From positions 59,706,001 to 59,770,000 of the forward strand of contig OX597831.1 in NCBI GenBank assembly GCA_951406725.2: DNA of 64,000 nucleotides, given 5' to 3'. Source of the stretch: Octopus vulgaris. Its lineage: Eukaryota. This document shows, one piece after another, positions 1 to 13,700 of the stretch (the first letter of the stretch is position 1; the number at the start of each line of letters is the position of its first letter). The notes beneath the pieces are model-generated. The model saw only the letters and a list, made by a program, of their open reading frames with translations. It ran no database searches and was not told where the DNA came from. A program made the translations under genes and the position numbers.

Positions 1-850
1 ACTCTTGTGCATTGTGCTGCAATCCACTCTGAATATCAGAAAACGTGTGTGGAATATGCATAATAGTACACACGACATCAGATAAATATTCAAATCAATA
101 GGATACAGAATGCCTAGCAGTGACGTTAACTCTTCTAAAATGCAAAGTGTTATTTACTGAAAGGAGATAAAATACAAAAACAATTGAAGCTAAATCAACG
201 CGTTATTTTAATATAAATTTGATTTTCTCTGCTACCTCTCGCTTTCATTGCACACACACACACACAGACACACAAATTCACACACCCACATGCATACAAA
301 CACGCGCGTACATGATAGATTCGTTCTACATGAGCAACAAATGAGGATTCAGTATAATAAAGCAGTACGAATGTTCTATAAACGTAATTGCCCTTGTTAA
401 AGTCTGCTGGCATCTTTAAAAACCTTTGATAAATCGAACAAGCTGAGGACTCAGTTTGCTCGAGTGTTCGTGGATCATTTACTACGTCTTTTCTAGAGTG
501 CACGGCAAGACCAGTTTTGCTGCATACCACGAAACCACAAAATCAAATAAGATTTTCATTTATAGGAGGGGCGTTTTACCAGCGTGATATTATTCCTGCG
601 AGAAGTTTGTTCCGATGTTGTTGTCGACTTTGTGTGTGCGTGTGCGTGTGTTTATATATGTATATACGTAATTAAGTTTGCGTTTGTATCAGATTGGGTA
701 AACATTAACCAATGTTTTGAACCATGAAGAATTTGTAGCAGGATTTTAAAGAGTTTTGTATGTTTTTAATGATTCTTTTGTAATAGTTTGGTAATACAGA
801 TATAAACTTGCACAAATGCATCAATAAATTAACATTGATACATATCTCAT

Positions 851-1340
851 CTGAAATAGCACGATATTCGGGCAATTTTGCCATTCATCTTCAAAAAGTG
901 ACATAAAGCAGCTGAAACCGCTCGCAATATCAACGAAGCGTTTGGTGAAGAAAAGGCCAGTGAGTGGTCACTTCGAAAATGGTTTAAACTATTTCACAAT
1001 CGAGACCTGAAGCTTGAAGTTCGTGGGCGTAGCGGACGCACATCTGTCATCGATGACGGTCATTGAGAAAGATCCACGTAAAACCACTCGAGAACAGGAA
1101 AAAGAACTTCAGGTTAGCTAGGAAACAGCTTTCAGCTATTTCTATGCGATCGGAAAATAAACAAAGCTCGTAAAATTGGCACTCAGCGACTTGAAAGAAA
1201 GTCAGAAAATACTCAGATTTGAAATTTGTTCGTCGTTTCTTCTCCCTAACCAGACCGTTCCATTTCTCGACCGTATTGTATCTTGCGATGAAAAGTGAAT
1301 TCTTTACAATAATATAAAAAAGGCACAGGAGTGGCTGTTT
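851..1340 (+). mobile_element. Mariner (Hsmar1/SETMAR-like) transposase pseudogene fragment
   Basis: Manual translation from 851 gives HDIRAILPFIFKK*HKAAETARNINEAFGEEKASEWSLRKWFKLF...GRSGRTSVIDD (mariner HTH region), and near 1270 DRIVSCDEK*ILYNN (first catalytic D motif, canonically TCDEKW). Stops and frameshifts are present. Confidence 0.9.
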
Positions 1341-1542
1341 GGTAAGTATAAAAGATTAAACATTTAGTTTTTAGTTTTTTTAGGAATTTGACCTGAGGAG
1401 TGACTGCTTTGGGAGTAAAATCATTTTCCCGTTCTAATGACTTGGATATGGTTTGCTTATATGATTTTATATAAACCTAATGCAGTCATGAAACGTGCGT
1501 AGTCGATGTACAATACTTACTTTTATGTTGGGCGGACAAGCA

Positions 1543-1544
<2 letters not shown>

Positions 1545-1640
<96 letters not shown>

Positions 1641-1734
1641 TTTATTATATAGAAGGAGCTTCTACTTATATACGACGAAGATTTCTCTTGAATGAAACAG
1701 TACTAGTCCTGTAGAAGCTCCTTCTATATAATAA

Positions 1735-1770
<36 letters not shown>
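1545..1770. repeat. (CA)n-(TA)n microsatellite interrupted by a ~95-bp inverted-repeat cassette
   Basis: (CA)n(TA)n runs flank TTATTATATAGAAGGAGCTTCTAC (~1643-1666) and its exact reverse complement GTAGAAGCTCCTTCTATATAATAA (~1711-1734). Confidence 0.9.
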
Positions 1771-1774
<4 letters not shown>

Positions 1775-1930
1775 TTATATACGACGGGATTCTTTCAGTT
1801 TCACTCTACCAAATCGACTCGCAAGGCTTTGGTCGGCCCGATGCTATAGTATAATACACTTGGCCAAGGTGCCATACAGTGGTACTGACCTCGAAACCAT
1901 GTGTTTGGTAAGCAAGCTACTTACCACACA
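1775..1930 (-). mobile_element. tRNA-derived SINE family A, 5' half
   Basis: Reverse complement matches the 5' half of the copy at 56413-56830 (tgtggtaagtagcttgcttac...gcaccttgg...gtagacggaaactgaaagaa). Confidence 0.85.
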
Positions 1931-2724
1931 ATATATATATATATATTCCTGGTCCACATCAAAGGAAGTACATCATGTAACACTTTTGTGCCCCATTATC
2001 AACTTAATAACCACCCCCGCCCCAAGTTCGACTCTCTACAAAAAAACTGTAGGTCCCCCAATAACTTTGACAAGAACAGTACCTAAGGTACTCACAAATA
2101 AACACACTGGTCCAGCACGGTGGGCATCTATCCTATAGACGTTTTTCCGCCCCACCAATATGAACGCCACACAAATTGCACCACGACATATATCATCACA
2201 ATACATATATTATCACTACACACATTCCATTTGCACAAGTACACCAACTTTTAGCACATACACATTTCCCACAAACTCTTTTCCAGGACTCTCTTGACGT
2301 CTTGCAACAAAACCTCCCTCAGCGACGATGATTTGGTACCAAGTGACATAACACTAACTAAATCACCTGCTCATTTCACTTCCTAATGTTTCAAAGTAAT
2401 CGCAAACTCGAAGTGTCTATTCATCTCTAACATTAGAGAGCGGTCGCCATATTTCATTCTATAACGGCTACCTCAGATAAACCCAGGATTACATAATCGG
2501 ACTGTTATCTAACAAACTAGTAAACCATTGGTGCGAAACCAATTGATAAGATCGGCTGTAAGGATATACAATACTTTTTCCACTGAAATCTGAAGCAAAC
2601 GGAAGGAAGCCTCCGAAAATTTTAAATGTTATTCTAAGCTTAACTACAGCAGGAACGAAACATCATCCTCATCATCCTCATCATCATCATCATCATCATC
2701 ATCGTCTTGAATATCAACATCAAG

Positions 2725-3005
2725 GTGGAGAGCCGGGAAAATCGTTAACACACCGGACAAAATACTTAGTTTTATTTGTTTAATAATACTCTTAACTAAT
2801 AGAGGCGTATGGCCTGAAATATTGAAATAGCAATCAAACAGATTACACGGACTGCAGCGCTCAAATAGTGCATATTTTATCTACACTGAAAGCTGAAAGG
2901 CAAACTCGACCTCTGTGAAATTTCGAATGAGAACGTAAAGGCGATTGCAAAGCCGCTAATTATTTTGTTCTGTGTACTAACGGTCTCTTCGAGCACAACA
3001 GCCTT
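2725..3005. mobile_element. Two decayed SINE family B fragments (head on +, body on -)
   Basis: ggagagccgggaaaatcgttaacacaccggacaaaatacttag resembles the head of 26325-26554; tgaaaggcaaactcgacctc resembles its reverse complement. Confidence 0.6.
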
Positions 3006-3049
3006 GTTACCGTACCTTTTCATATACGTATTAACAATACATTATATCT

Positions 3050-3490
3050 TTCGTTTTATCTTTAGTTTGTTTCAGTTATTAGACTGTGGGCATGCTGGGG
3101 CACCACCTTAGAGTATTTTTAGTCGAATGAAATAGAGCAGTATTTATTTTAAACCCCGTTACATGTACTATCGATTCTTGTGCCGAACAGGTTAGTTACG
3201 GAAACTTAAACACACCAACACTAGTTGTCAAGTGGGGGGGGGGACAATAACAGACACAGACACATACGCAGAGGAACATGCACACGCACACATACGCACA
3301 CACCACGCACCCCATTCATATATGAATATACGACAGTCTTCTTTCAGTTTCCACCTACCAAGTCCATTCACAAGGCTATGATTGGCGCGTAACTATAGTA
3401 GAAGACACTTGCTTAAGCTGTCATTTTATGAGACTGAACCCGGAACCATGTGATTGGGTAGCAAGCTTGTTACCACAAATCTATGCCTGA
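3050..3490 (-). mobile_element. SINE family A, near full length, decayed
   Basis: Co-linear with the reverse complement of 56413-56830, including the internal CA-rich segment and the tgtttcagt tail. Confidence 0.85.
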
Positions 3491-4217
3491 GCTTATGTGG
3501 TAAAATCAATTCAACTGACACCATTGTTTATTTCTATTTGTGTATATGTTGAAGATATATTTTCATGTAAACAGCTACGTATCTACGTATTATCTGTATG
3601 GTTATCTCTGTCCTTTGAATAATCTATATATGTACATCCAAATTGTTATCCGATATTTTATCATTGGAATATTTGAGTCGTATTATTACACTTAAAGATT
3701 GTTTTTTTTTTCTTTGTTTTTGTTGACTATTGCAATTCAAATGGTACAGATCTCGTTTGTAAATATATCTTGTATGAATTCTGTAGTAAATAATATCAAT
3801 GGAGCATTATCGCCAATATTATCACAAACAGAAAGAAATTACGATGCCAGAGGAAGAGAGGAGAAAAAAAATTATGTACAACAAAACGAGTTTGAATCTG
3901 ATCACTAAAATATGGTATCAATTCATTCCTTTCACTATACAATATACACTATAACAAATATCACCCATCTCATCGAAATGAATTTACAACCCCAATATTC
4001 TCTTTTTCCTTTTTTCCGAGATGTGTGTGTATGTGATTATGCGTGTATCGATATATATATATATATAAATATAGGGCAATAAAAAAATATTATTACCAGT
4101 GGCCTAGCACAAAAACAAATTAGTCATTAGACTATATATTATTCACATAGAAATACAAGATGCTTCCAAATAGGAAAGCCTGGTGCTAGAAAGAGCAGTA
4201 GAAAGGTAGTGTTGTAT

Positions 4218-4290
4218 TTATATATATATATTTATATGTATATATATATATATGTATATATATGTATAAATATATATATGTGTATATATA

Positions 4291-4333
<43 letters not shown>

Positions 4334-4397
4334 CGTATATATATGTGTGTGCGTTTTTTGTGTGTGTGTGTGTGTGTGTGTGTGCTTGTGTGTGTAC
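4218..4397. repeat. (TA)n/(TG)n compound microsatellite
   Basis: Seen directly. Confidence 0.95.
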
Positions 4398-7300
4398 ATG
4401 TATGAAGTTTTCGAAGTAGGTATGCACGGTGCTTCTTAATTTGAATGCGTGTTTCTCTCCGTTATCGTTTTCCTAATGTTTTCCTGAAAGTGAGAGAAGA
4501 AAATGACAGATGTAGAAAAAGCATTGTATATGCGTACATACATACATACATATACACAAACAACGATGAATGTACACACACACGTACACACGAGCACATA
4601 CACACAACACGCCTGAACACAAACAATATACACACGCACGCACGCAATACGCATAAACACATACATCTTTTGCATAAAATATACAAAAGCACAAGCACTC
4701 TATAGACTATATTCATATATGCGTGTGCGTGCGTGTGTGTTTGTGTGTGTATTATGTGTGTGTGTGCGTGTGTGTGGGGGGAGTGAGTTTTTGTGTGTGC
4801 AAGTGTGTGTATTTGAAGCTCCATGACCATCTGAGTTTTGTGGGAGGATACCTCGAATATAATGCATAAAGTGGGCGACATTATTTACATCAAAATCTTA
4901 CACAGACACACTTGAATTACTTCTACCTACGCATATATTTTACACATATATACATGTAAACATTCATGCACGAACACCTACATAACAAATAAACATCTGT
5001 ATGTACACATTGTCACTGTGTATATACAATTCATTATGTATGAACGTATATATATATATATATATAAGCTTCTTCGTCTTGCACCTTAATTGATATATTC
5101 TTAAATGCATTAATGCATCAATATATTAGCTGTATCCATGTAATTCCATCAGAGTACTCTACTGCATGGTTTCATATGTTTCCTCTATAAATATTGATTT
5201 GAGAAATGATTGTAGATATATCTGCCGAAATGGCCTGATACGCAAATCCCATTAACAACTACATGCTAAAAGACAGCATAAATCTTTGTCTGAATAAACG
5301 GAATGTCAAACTAACAGCTCAAAGTGTGTAAACTCATATCATGTTAAGTGATTATAGGGATGGCAGTGGTCAAGCGATTTAAATCTTGCAGGTAAATCAA
5401 TTTAGCTTCTAAATCAATATTAAATAATATCACATTTTATTTGGAATCAGCAGAAATGCTATATGCTGCTATTTCACTCATGCCACTGGTGGTATATGGA
5501 AATTTGTCTTCTATCGACGGAGAAGAGCTCTTACATGCGATACAATATTACTCTTTACCTAGTCCCATTTCGAAAACTGCAGCCATGGTGGTACACCGAC
5601 GTTACTTATATATCGATATATAAATATGCATATATTTTAAATCTCTAACCTTCAATTTATTAGCTATGCTGTAAGAAGTGAATGTATTTGTTCAATGATA
5701 ATATGCATAAAAATAATATGCACGTGTTAAATGTTAAACGATAATATGCATAAAAAGATTACAGACTAAGAAATAGGAAAGAATAACAGGAAATAAGAAC
5801 ATTTTTTTCGTAAAACCTATGAAAAGCTGTGAGTGACTTTAATCACTAAATGTACTTGTATTTTGTATGTTAAAATTTTGCCGAACAAACAAGTCTTGGT
5901 AAGGATCATATTATCAGCGTCAGGTACGTGTTTGTCCCTAAAAATTTTGATAATGCTCTATAGAAAGGAGGCAAGAAATTTTAGTAATCTCTAATTTGTG
6001 CATTTCATGGAAGAATACAAATTGTACGTTTGCGCCTGCTTCTATCACAGAAACATATATCTATATATAAATTATACATCTATATATACAGTAAAGATTT
6101 TATCTCGTATTCTTTCGGGCGCACAGAGATGCAATAGAAAGGCTCTTCATTATTGTAATATGAGTTTGTCGTAACAAAGTTAAATAATTTCAAACTGTGA
6201 GGAAATTAATATTTCCACAGCTAATGAAATATTCCTAGAAAACGACTTATGAAAGAAAGTTATTAATCAAAGGCAGATACTATCACATGTTGATAATATA
6301 AAGCTTAAGTGTACAGTGATCATATATGCTTGAAAATTATTCATTAAAATAGCTACGAAATATCCTGTTTAACGTAAAATACCTCGTTATTGATTGCATA
6401 AGAGCTTGCGTATTGCATAATCCAGCTAAGCTAGCACTTATTGCTAAATTATGTAAATGGATAATGAAATATGCAAAGAAATGGTGAAAATGGAAATGTC
6501 TCCTGAGTATACATCAGGGATTAAATGTGGACGATTATATTAAATAAATAGCCTTTTTATCAAACAATATATGTGAAAACTGTAAACTAACTGAGCAGGT
6601 TTTGTAAATCTGCTTGCAAATGTCAGTAGAATTGAAAAGTAATACCATGTAAAGATCTTTAAGTATCGCACAAATGTGATAAAGTGTGTAAACGAAGAGA
6701 ATTCGTAAGTGTGCGTGATGTGAATAACAGGAAAACCAAAAACAGAAAACTTCAGTATCTATTGTGTTGTTATGCCTGTTATGCAAGACTACGTTTATAC
6801 AACGGTGTTTACTGGTTCTGTTGTTGAATGACTTGACGAATTATTAAAAGAGCTTTATGAATCTATATTTGTTTTTGAACATTTTCTCTTCACATTTCTA
6901 TCCACATTAAATACATTCGAACTTCTTTTCAGATTTCTGTTCATATTTAACATAGTTGATCAACAATCTATAGCAATCTAACGAGAAAAAAAAACATTTG
7001 CGGGTGAACGCGGAATAAATGACAGCAAGAAACAATGACAGTTGTGCAAATTCTCGAGAATTCGGTGCATTTGCTATCAATTATCGAACACCATTAACTG
7101 CAAATCCTGAATAAATTTCCACAGGATTTATAAGACTCATGTCATTTGAATGCTCTTCAGAATACAGAGTGTGTATCGAAAATGTAAGTCTAGATAACCT
7201 GAATTTGGAAAGGTTTAAATGGGTTGTTTTCCACGAACTTGAGATGCAAATCATTGTATTTCAAGAAGGGTTCTTTCCGACAATACAATAAGATATCAGA

Positions 7301-8220
7301 ACATAAATACAAAGCAACGAAAGCGATTGACTAGTGAGTGCTTAAGTGGAAAAGGCTCTTAACTTCTATTATGAAAATGCTGCCTGTCTGAGTAATCAAA
7401 CTCTAGCAGTATTAAGAATATATTCACCAAGAAATTCATGCGAACAATTGTTTTCGGTAATTAAAGATTACAACACGATTTTACTCGGGAATCCGTTGCT
7501 CATTGCAAGGTTCACAAAATAAATAGTATCTTAATATCGAAGAATCTGGAACCTGTGGCACAGCAGCCAAAGAACTAACAACTCAGTGACTGTAAACTAC
7601 ATTTTTAGTCATTTCCTTATGTTGCTATTTTAGAAGTAACGACAGTTCCTTTTGGTGCAAAATAATTTATAAATGAAGGTAATTTCTCATTGTTTCTATA
7701 TTCAACATTAAAATACTGATGATAATTTAAGCAGCATTTAAATTAAATAAATGCCTATCAATGCCTGTTATTTTACAATTGCCATGTTTAATCTATTACT
7801 TTTAAGAATTGTTTTAAAATGTTTCGAAAAGTGCCTTAGTTCGTGTCATTCTTTTTTTCATATTTATTCTGTGTTAATTTGAAAAATGTAATGATCTAAG
7901 CTGGCCGGAAATAATCCATTATCAATATTATTTATTCCTTAATTTTACTTCTAGCAAAACACTTGCTAAAATAAACAGTTTGGAAAGCTCTCGCTTCCAA
8001 CCATTTCAGGATTTAAAATGGTCTAAGCACATTAGTTTAAGAATGTTCTTAAATATTTTCGTTTCTACCTCTACATTAAATAATTTGTTACTTGCAGTTA
8101 TAATTGAAGTGATAACCTGTAGCTTAAGGATTTTATGCTCACATCAAAAAGAATTTCTACAAGAGATTATTTCATTCATGGCATGCATTCTCGAGACTTT
8201 GGCTCTCATTATAGTCAACT

Positions 8221-8327
8221 TGTGCAGCTTAAAACTGTAATCTTCCTGATTTACACATGTCACAAAAATTATACGCAAATCGTGTAGCTTAAAAATGCAA
8301 ACTTCCTGATTTATACATGTCACAAAA
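8221..8327. repeat. Diverged tandem duplication, period 60 bp
   Basis: gtgcagcttaaaactgtaatcttcctgatttacacatgtcacaaaa at 8222 recurs as gtgtagcttaaaaatgcaaacttcctgatttatacatgtcacaaaa at 8282. Confidence 0.85.
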
Positions 8328-9799
8328 GTGACATTCTGATCACCATATCAGTTATTCGTTATAAACTTACATTTCTCAGCGCGAATGCACTGCCTCATAT
8401 TCATCGTAAATTAATCACCTCCAGGTTCTCTTTCTATTGTGACAGCTTAGCACCCGCAGGTCCTGCTTGTTTCTGCATAATACAATATTCGCATAGTAAT
8501 TCGTTACTTCTAAGCAAATTTGATGTTTTAAAACTTGACACATTTTTACCAAATGAAAGTACATTATCGGATGTACCCAAGTGATTTATGGGAGTACCCT
8601 TACAATCATGCTGAATGTATGAGACGTTGCTGGATATCACATACATGGACCATATTACATATCATTCAATACAAAAAATACAGAAAAAAACGTCGGTAAA
8701 AGATGGGACCTTCAAATGGAAAATGTGCGCAGTTATATTTTGCGTGCAGTTATACTTCTTTACAATTGAAAATCCTACTACACAGTTCACAATGTGTAGT
8801 AGATTGCACAGTGAATATTTTTATAACCATTGACAAATTTTACATATTACGATTTACATAAACATTAGTACGACTCCTTTATTTTGTGAACTTTTGTTTC
8901 TCAAGGAATTTATTATGCAACTATACTTTATATTTCATTATCAATACAAGTCGGGTGTGCATAACTAAGTATATTTGTGGGCTGTTAAGTATTGCCTGTT
9001 TACAATTTTCAGCATCTCTGAAAGCGAATGTAAAAGGGGATTAATCTTGTGCTGAATAAATTCCGGAAATGTTTCCCATTTCCTTTACAGATATGCATTG
9101 ATTAACTGACATACGAAAAGGTATTCGCATTCCTCTTCAAGTACCTCAACGCAAACACACATACGTAGATATATCTATGCATACACAAATATGTGCATGC
9201 CTAGATATACTAACACGCACTCAACCATACTCACACACAAAGACACACATATATATACTTCTTACTTAGTTACCTTCAGACACGTAATACAAACTAGCCA
9301 CTGTACGTCCATCTAAATCGCGGGACGTCTGAAATACTCCCAAGTTCAGATGTTTCATACACTGGTCGATCCTCGAATGATTAAACGAAGATGTAACAGC
9401 ATCATGCTCAGAAACATTAGATCAGAGTACGCTAAAATCAATGAGTACTTCGTTTTCCTACAGACGCAGTAATTAATAATACATAGGTGGATGTATACAC
9501 AAATGTATTCATGTATGAATGCATATTAAGTCTCTCGGCTGACTGTGAGACTGACGACTCAAATATTTCATTTAAACGCCAGGGGAAGGTCTTACATTAA
9601 TAAAAAAAATGATATGAACAGTGGCAGATTTCAGGGGGATCATGATTTAGTGGGGTACTGGAGTCAGTGATTTCTGCAATCATGATGCTAGGTGTGACAA
9701 GTAGGCGCGTAGTGCATGATAGGAAAGGGCACAAACAAATTAACTAATTGAAAAGAAAGCGTTTATAGCAGATAGATAGATAGACATGCATATGAATCA

Positions 9800-10740
9800 T
9801 TATTAAACTACCAGAGACAACAGATTTGTACAACTGCTGAAAAGGGAGTGGAATAGCAGTATCGTCAACGCGGGGTAAAGTGTTGTGCTCAATATTGCAG
9901 TTCCGGTTGAAGTTTGAACTTGGCGTAAAGCTTAGTGTGCAACAGGCCGGATTTCGAACCAACAGATCGTGCTGCGAGCAAATATTCGTACTGCCTAACA
10001 TCGTAGAAAAATGCGGGAGACACCAAAGAGCACTAATAATAAACGTCATTGACTTCAAAATAGGTTTTTGACAGAGTACATAGAGGAACCCTATGGAAGA
10101 TTGCAAAAGTGTACGGAATACCTGACGAATACACCTGTTTCCTTAGCAGTTTGTGCAACAATTCAAACTGCTGCATTAGACAAATGTACGGATACATTGG
10201 TTTTCTTAATATCGTCACTGGGGTTATACAAGGCTCTTTCCTGTCACCAATGTTGTTTCTGACGGTTATCGATATTGTTATGCGAAGATCAATGGTGGGA
10301 CCGGCTGTAGGCATACAATGGAGGGCGAGGGATCGGGTAACAGACTTGTATTTTGACGATGAAGTTACTCTGTTGGTTGAGAATTGCCCAGCATTACAAT
10401 ACATGGCAACAAATGTGGAAAGGGAAGCAGCAAAGACTTGGTTCAGAAACCGGTCAAAAAACGAAGCTAATGCAAGTTGGGAAACAAGTAGAAAATGTAC
10501 CAGTGAAAGTTAAACAATAACCAGTCGAAGAAGTTACAAGCTTTTCCTACCTGAGAAGTATAGTGACGAGCAAGCGACGATGCAGACACAGATTCTAGCT
10601 GCAGAATTTAGAAGACTGAAAACACATTGGTCTAGCAATAACATAACTATAGATATAACGATTAGTCTTTACAAAGCAATAATACTGTCAATAGCTATAT
10701 ATACAGTTGAGACTTAGATTTATTAGATAACCAGTTGATT
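9800..10740 (+). mobile_element. RTE-clade LINE reverse transcriptase fragment (pseudogene)
   Basis: ORFs 9880-10071 and 10109-10513 carry QQAGFRTNRSCCEQIF, IDFK, YGIP, GVIQGSFLSPMLF and DLYFDDEV (decayed non-LTR RT motifs), followed by a frameshifted FSYL motif. Confidence 0.9.
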
Positions 10741-12769
10741 TAGCAAGCGGGGCCTCAGATCAGTGACGGGGCTGGTGGGCATTAATGCCGTCGAGAGGTA
10801 GGTTCCGAAACGGCGCGCATTGTCTCCTCATGACCTCATACAGTTGCTAACTTCCGGTATGCGTAGCTTTCGACTGATAGGTCTTGCCTGCGCATATCTT
10901 TTGCAGAGGAGTTATGTATAAATACAGAAAAAATGGTATTATATTAGCAATAGATAGAAATCTGGCGCATTACATCATCACAATTGGTCTTTGTAGAAAT
11001 AGTTACGAAACATTTTCATTATATAATGAAGTTAATCTCTACAAATTAATGAAAAATTATTATTAATTAGTGTTTAAACAGATTATATTTGAATTTTAAT
11101 TATTAAAGTAAGGTAATAATGTTGAATATAATATGGATTGTAAGAGATAAAATCGATAATATTCAGTTATATATAAATATAGAAGAAGCAAATTTTATTA
11201 GCAGAATTTATGGTCAAATGGATTCCGGAACCTCTTCTAATAAATTGGTAGATATTACTTTCAAATTATTATATCAATAGTTAAGATATAACTATAAATT
11301 TTATTATATCAATAGGTAAGATGCCGCCTAAGTAGTGGAGGATATTATATGGATATTATACAGTTGAATGTTACCTTCTAATATGCATATAGTTTAATAA
11401 GACTTAGAGAAAACACATCTCGCTGAGTGAACGTAATATCAATGTTTTGTTTCGCTAAGTAAAACTTTCCTAGATGTACGGATTTTATATACCTCTTTGC
11501 TACACTACTTACGTCGTTTGTGTGAGATTTTATATGAATTAATAAAACAAAAAAATGTTCTATTTAACATTAAATTCGATATTGTTACCCTTTAATTCCC
11601 ATATGAAATCAATTAACTCGGTAGAGTTCTTCTTTTGTGTATTTTAGAAGCTTTGTTTATGATTTGCAACTCTAATTTTAATTTTGTTTTCTGTTGACCT
11701 TATATAATTTCTTTCATTGTAATTCAACTTTACATTGGTAGACTAAGATATCTCTATGGGATAAAGTTTTTAATTCTAAATTAATTTCAAATTTACAGTC
11801 ATAGATTACATTTATAGCTTTATGTATGAATTTATTCGAAGGGTTCTTAAGAAAGAAGTTAATATGTGTTATTTCCCCTCAATCATTATATTATGTATGG
11901 TTGTTAGACTTATTATTTAGGTTAGGGGTATTATATTGGTGTTATGATGAATTATTGTTATAAATATTTCTTTTACAGTAAAAAATATCTAATTTTCGTT
12001 ATTATTAGATGATATAATCAAGGACATTAGCGAGTTAAATCATAACCAACTCTGAATTACTTATAATTAATAATTTCACTATATATATTATACTTATTAA
12101 AAATGCTTATAAATATACTTGTAGATAGACTTGATTAAATTATTCTTAATTTCCATTGCATATGAAATGATGAATCAAATCGCAGAAGATTCCTCAGGAT
12201 TGTTTTTAGAGAATTTATAATATATTAATGATATAGTAAAGTTTATGAAAATGGATAACGACTCTGCCAGCATTGCAACTCTGGGTGAGTATGTAAAAAG
12301 GTTTGTGTGTGTATGTGTATGTATGTGCAATGGAAGCGGGATTGTGAAAGTTGAACCAGTGTGAGTATATGTGTATATGGGTGTGCGTGTACAAGGGAAG
12401 TATGTGAATGTTTGTATGTTTAAACCAAAGTTCTTTCAGTAACAAACGATGATTGATGTCATATCTCAAAAGACATCCACTAGATATCATTGACAAGAGT
12501 ATTAATTTCATTACCATCCATATTCTATATGTTTAGTTAAAAAATAATTATTACAATCACACACAGCTACACAAACGTATACATATACAAATTCATTCGG
12601 GCAAATAATTATTGCCTGAGTGTATCAAGCATATAAAATGACTGCATTCGGACTGTATATTATTAATTTGGTAATAGAAAAATGATTAAAATAAAAACTT
12701 GTATTTGTACCTTATATATTAAGTACTACAATTAGCCCTCATGTTTGACGGCACAGAGATATCTAGTAT

Positions 12770-12868
12770 ATTAATATTTAGCAGAAATAACATGTGACTC
12801 AAGGGGGGAGAGTTTGGTGCAAAAGTTTCGGAATTTGAGTCGTTCTGCTACTTCTGCTAAATATTAAT
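12770..12868. repeat. ~100-bp imperfect palindrome (MITE-like or inverted pLTR remnant)
   Basis: ATTAATATTTAGCAGAA pairs with TTCTGCTAAATATTAAT, with inner GACTCAA/TTGAGTC. Confidence 0.8.
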
Positions 12869-12925
12869 TAAAGATGTATATAAACTCATATTTTGAGTTG
12901 TAATGTTCCTGTTTGTACCAATACA

Positions 12926-12927
<2 letters not shown>

Positions 12928-12992
<65 letters not shown>

Positions 12993-13304
12993 TGCTCAAA
13001 GGAATTCCAACTCCATTTTGTATGTTTTATTTATATTCTTATAATATTAATACAGGATATGAAATATAGAATATATATTTAAGAAAGATATGAAATGAAG
13101 TATTGATTTCTTATTGAACAAATGAAACACTGAAAATTAAATATTAAATATTCTCATTGAACTAGTATAGTTTCTTGCATTTAAGTACTCATCAGGTTCA
13201 GATTTTGACAGGAACTCTTCGATTGTAAATATAAATAAAACAAAAACCAGTGTTGAATTCCTTTAAGTCATATATTCTCCTATGCACAATCATACAAACC
13301 GCTT

Positions 13305-13347
<43 letters not shown>

Positions 13348-13351
13348 TATG

Positions 13352-13382
<31 letters not shown>

Positions 13383-13390
13383 TATGTATG

Positions 13391-13452
<62 letters not shown>
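12928..13452. repeat. Two (TA)n arrays bracketing a ~320-bp non-coding cassette with a decayed HHR
   Basis: (TA)n at ~12928-12986 and ~13306-13452. Confidence 0.85.
13158..13200 (-). ncRNA. Decayed type I hammerhead ribozyme motif
   Basis: Minus strand reads TGAAC-CTGATGA-GTACTTAAATGCAA-GAAA-CTATAC-TA-GTTCA. Both core boxes are intact and stem I is 5 bp, but stems II and III are damaged. Confidence 0.55.
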
Positions 13453-13453
<1 letters not shown>

Positions 13454-13519
13454 GAGTGTATGTGCGTGTGCGTAGCGTGTGTGTATGTGAGCGTGTGCGT
13501 GTGTTTGTGCATTTATCTA

Positions 13520-13700
13520 TTTGTGTCTGTCCGTACTGTAACTCACTCACCACTTCACTACAAGTGTGTCGGTGACTTTACGTTCCCGTAACTTAGTGGT
13601 TCGGCTCACGACTCCGATAGAATAAGCACTAACAACCATCAAGGCAGTGCTCCGGCATGGCCGCACTCAAATGACTGAAACAGATAGAAGTAAAAAAAAA
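13520..13700 (+). mobile_element. SINE family A, 3' half
   Basis: tttacgttcccgtaacttagtggttcgg...gcagtgctccggcatggccgcactcaaatgactgaaac matches the 3' part of 56413-56830. Confidence 0.8.

Noticed and set aside
195-530. 111-aa minus-strand ORF
   Set aside because: No recognisable motif, and the C-terminal part is a (TG)n read-through.
4209-4881. Cluster of overlapping YI/CV/HT-rich ORFs (likewise near 13200, 18560, 25050, 46040 and 63250)
   Set aside because: These are translations of (TA)n, (TG)n, (CA)n and (TATG)n microsatellites, which lack stop codons.
8434-8646. 70-aa minus-strand ORF in unique sequence
   Set aside because: No recognisable homology and unconvincing splice boundaries; the length is compatible with chance.
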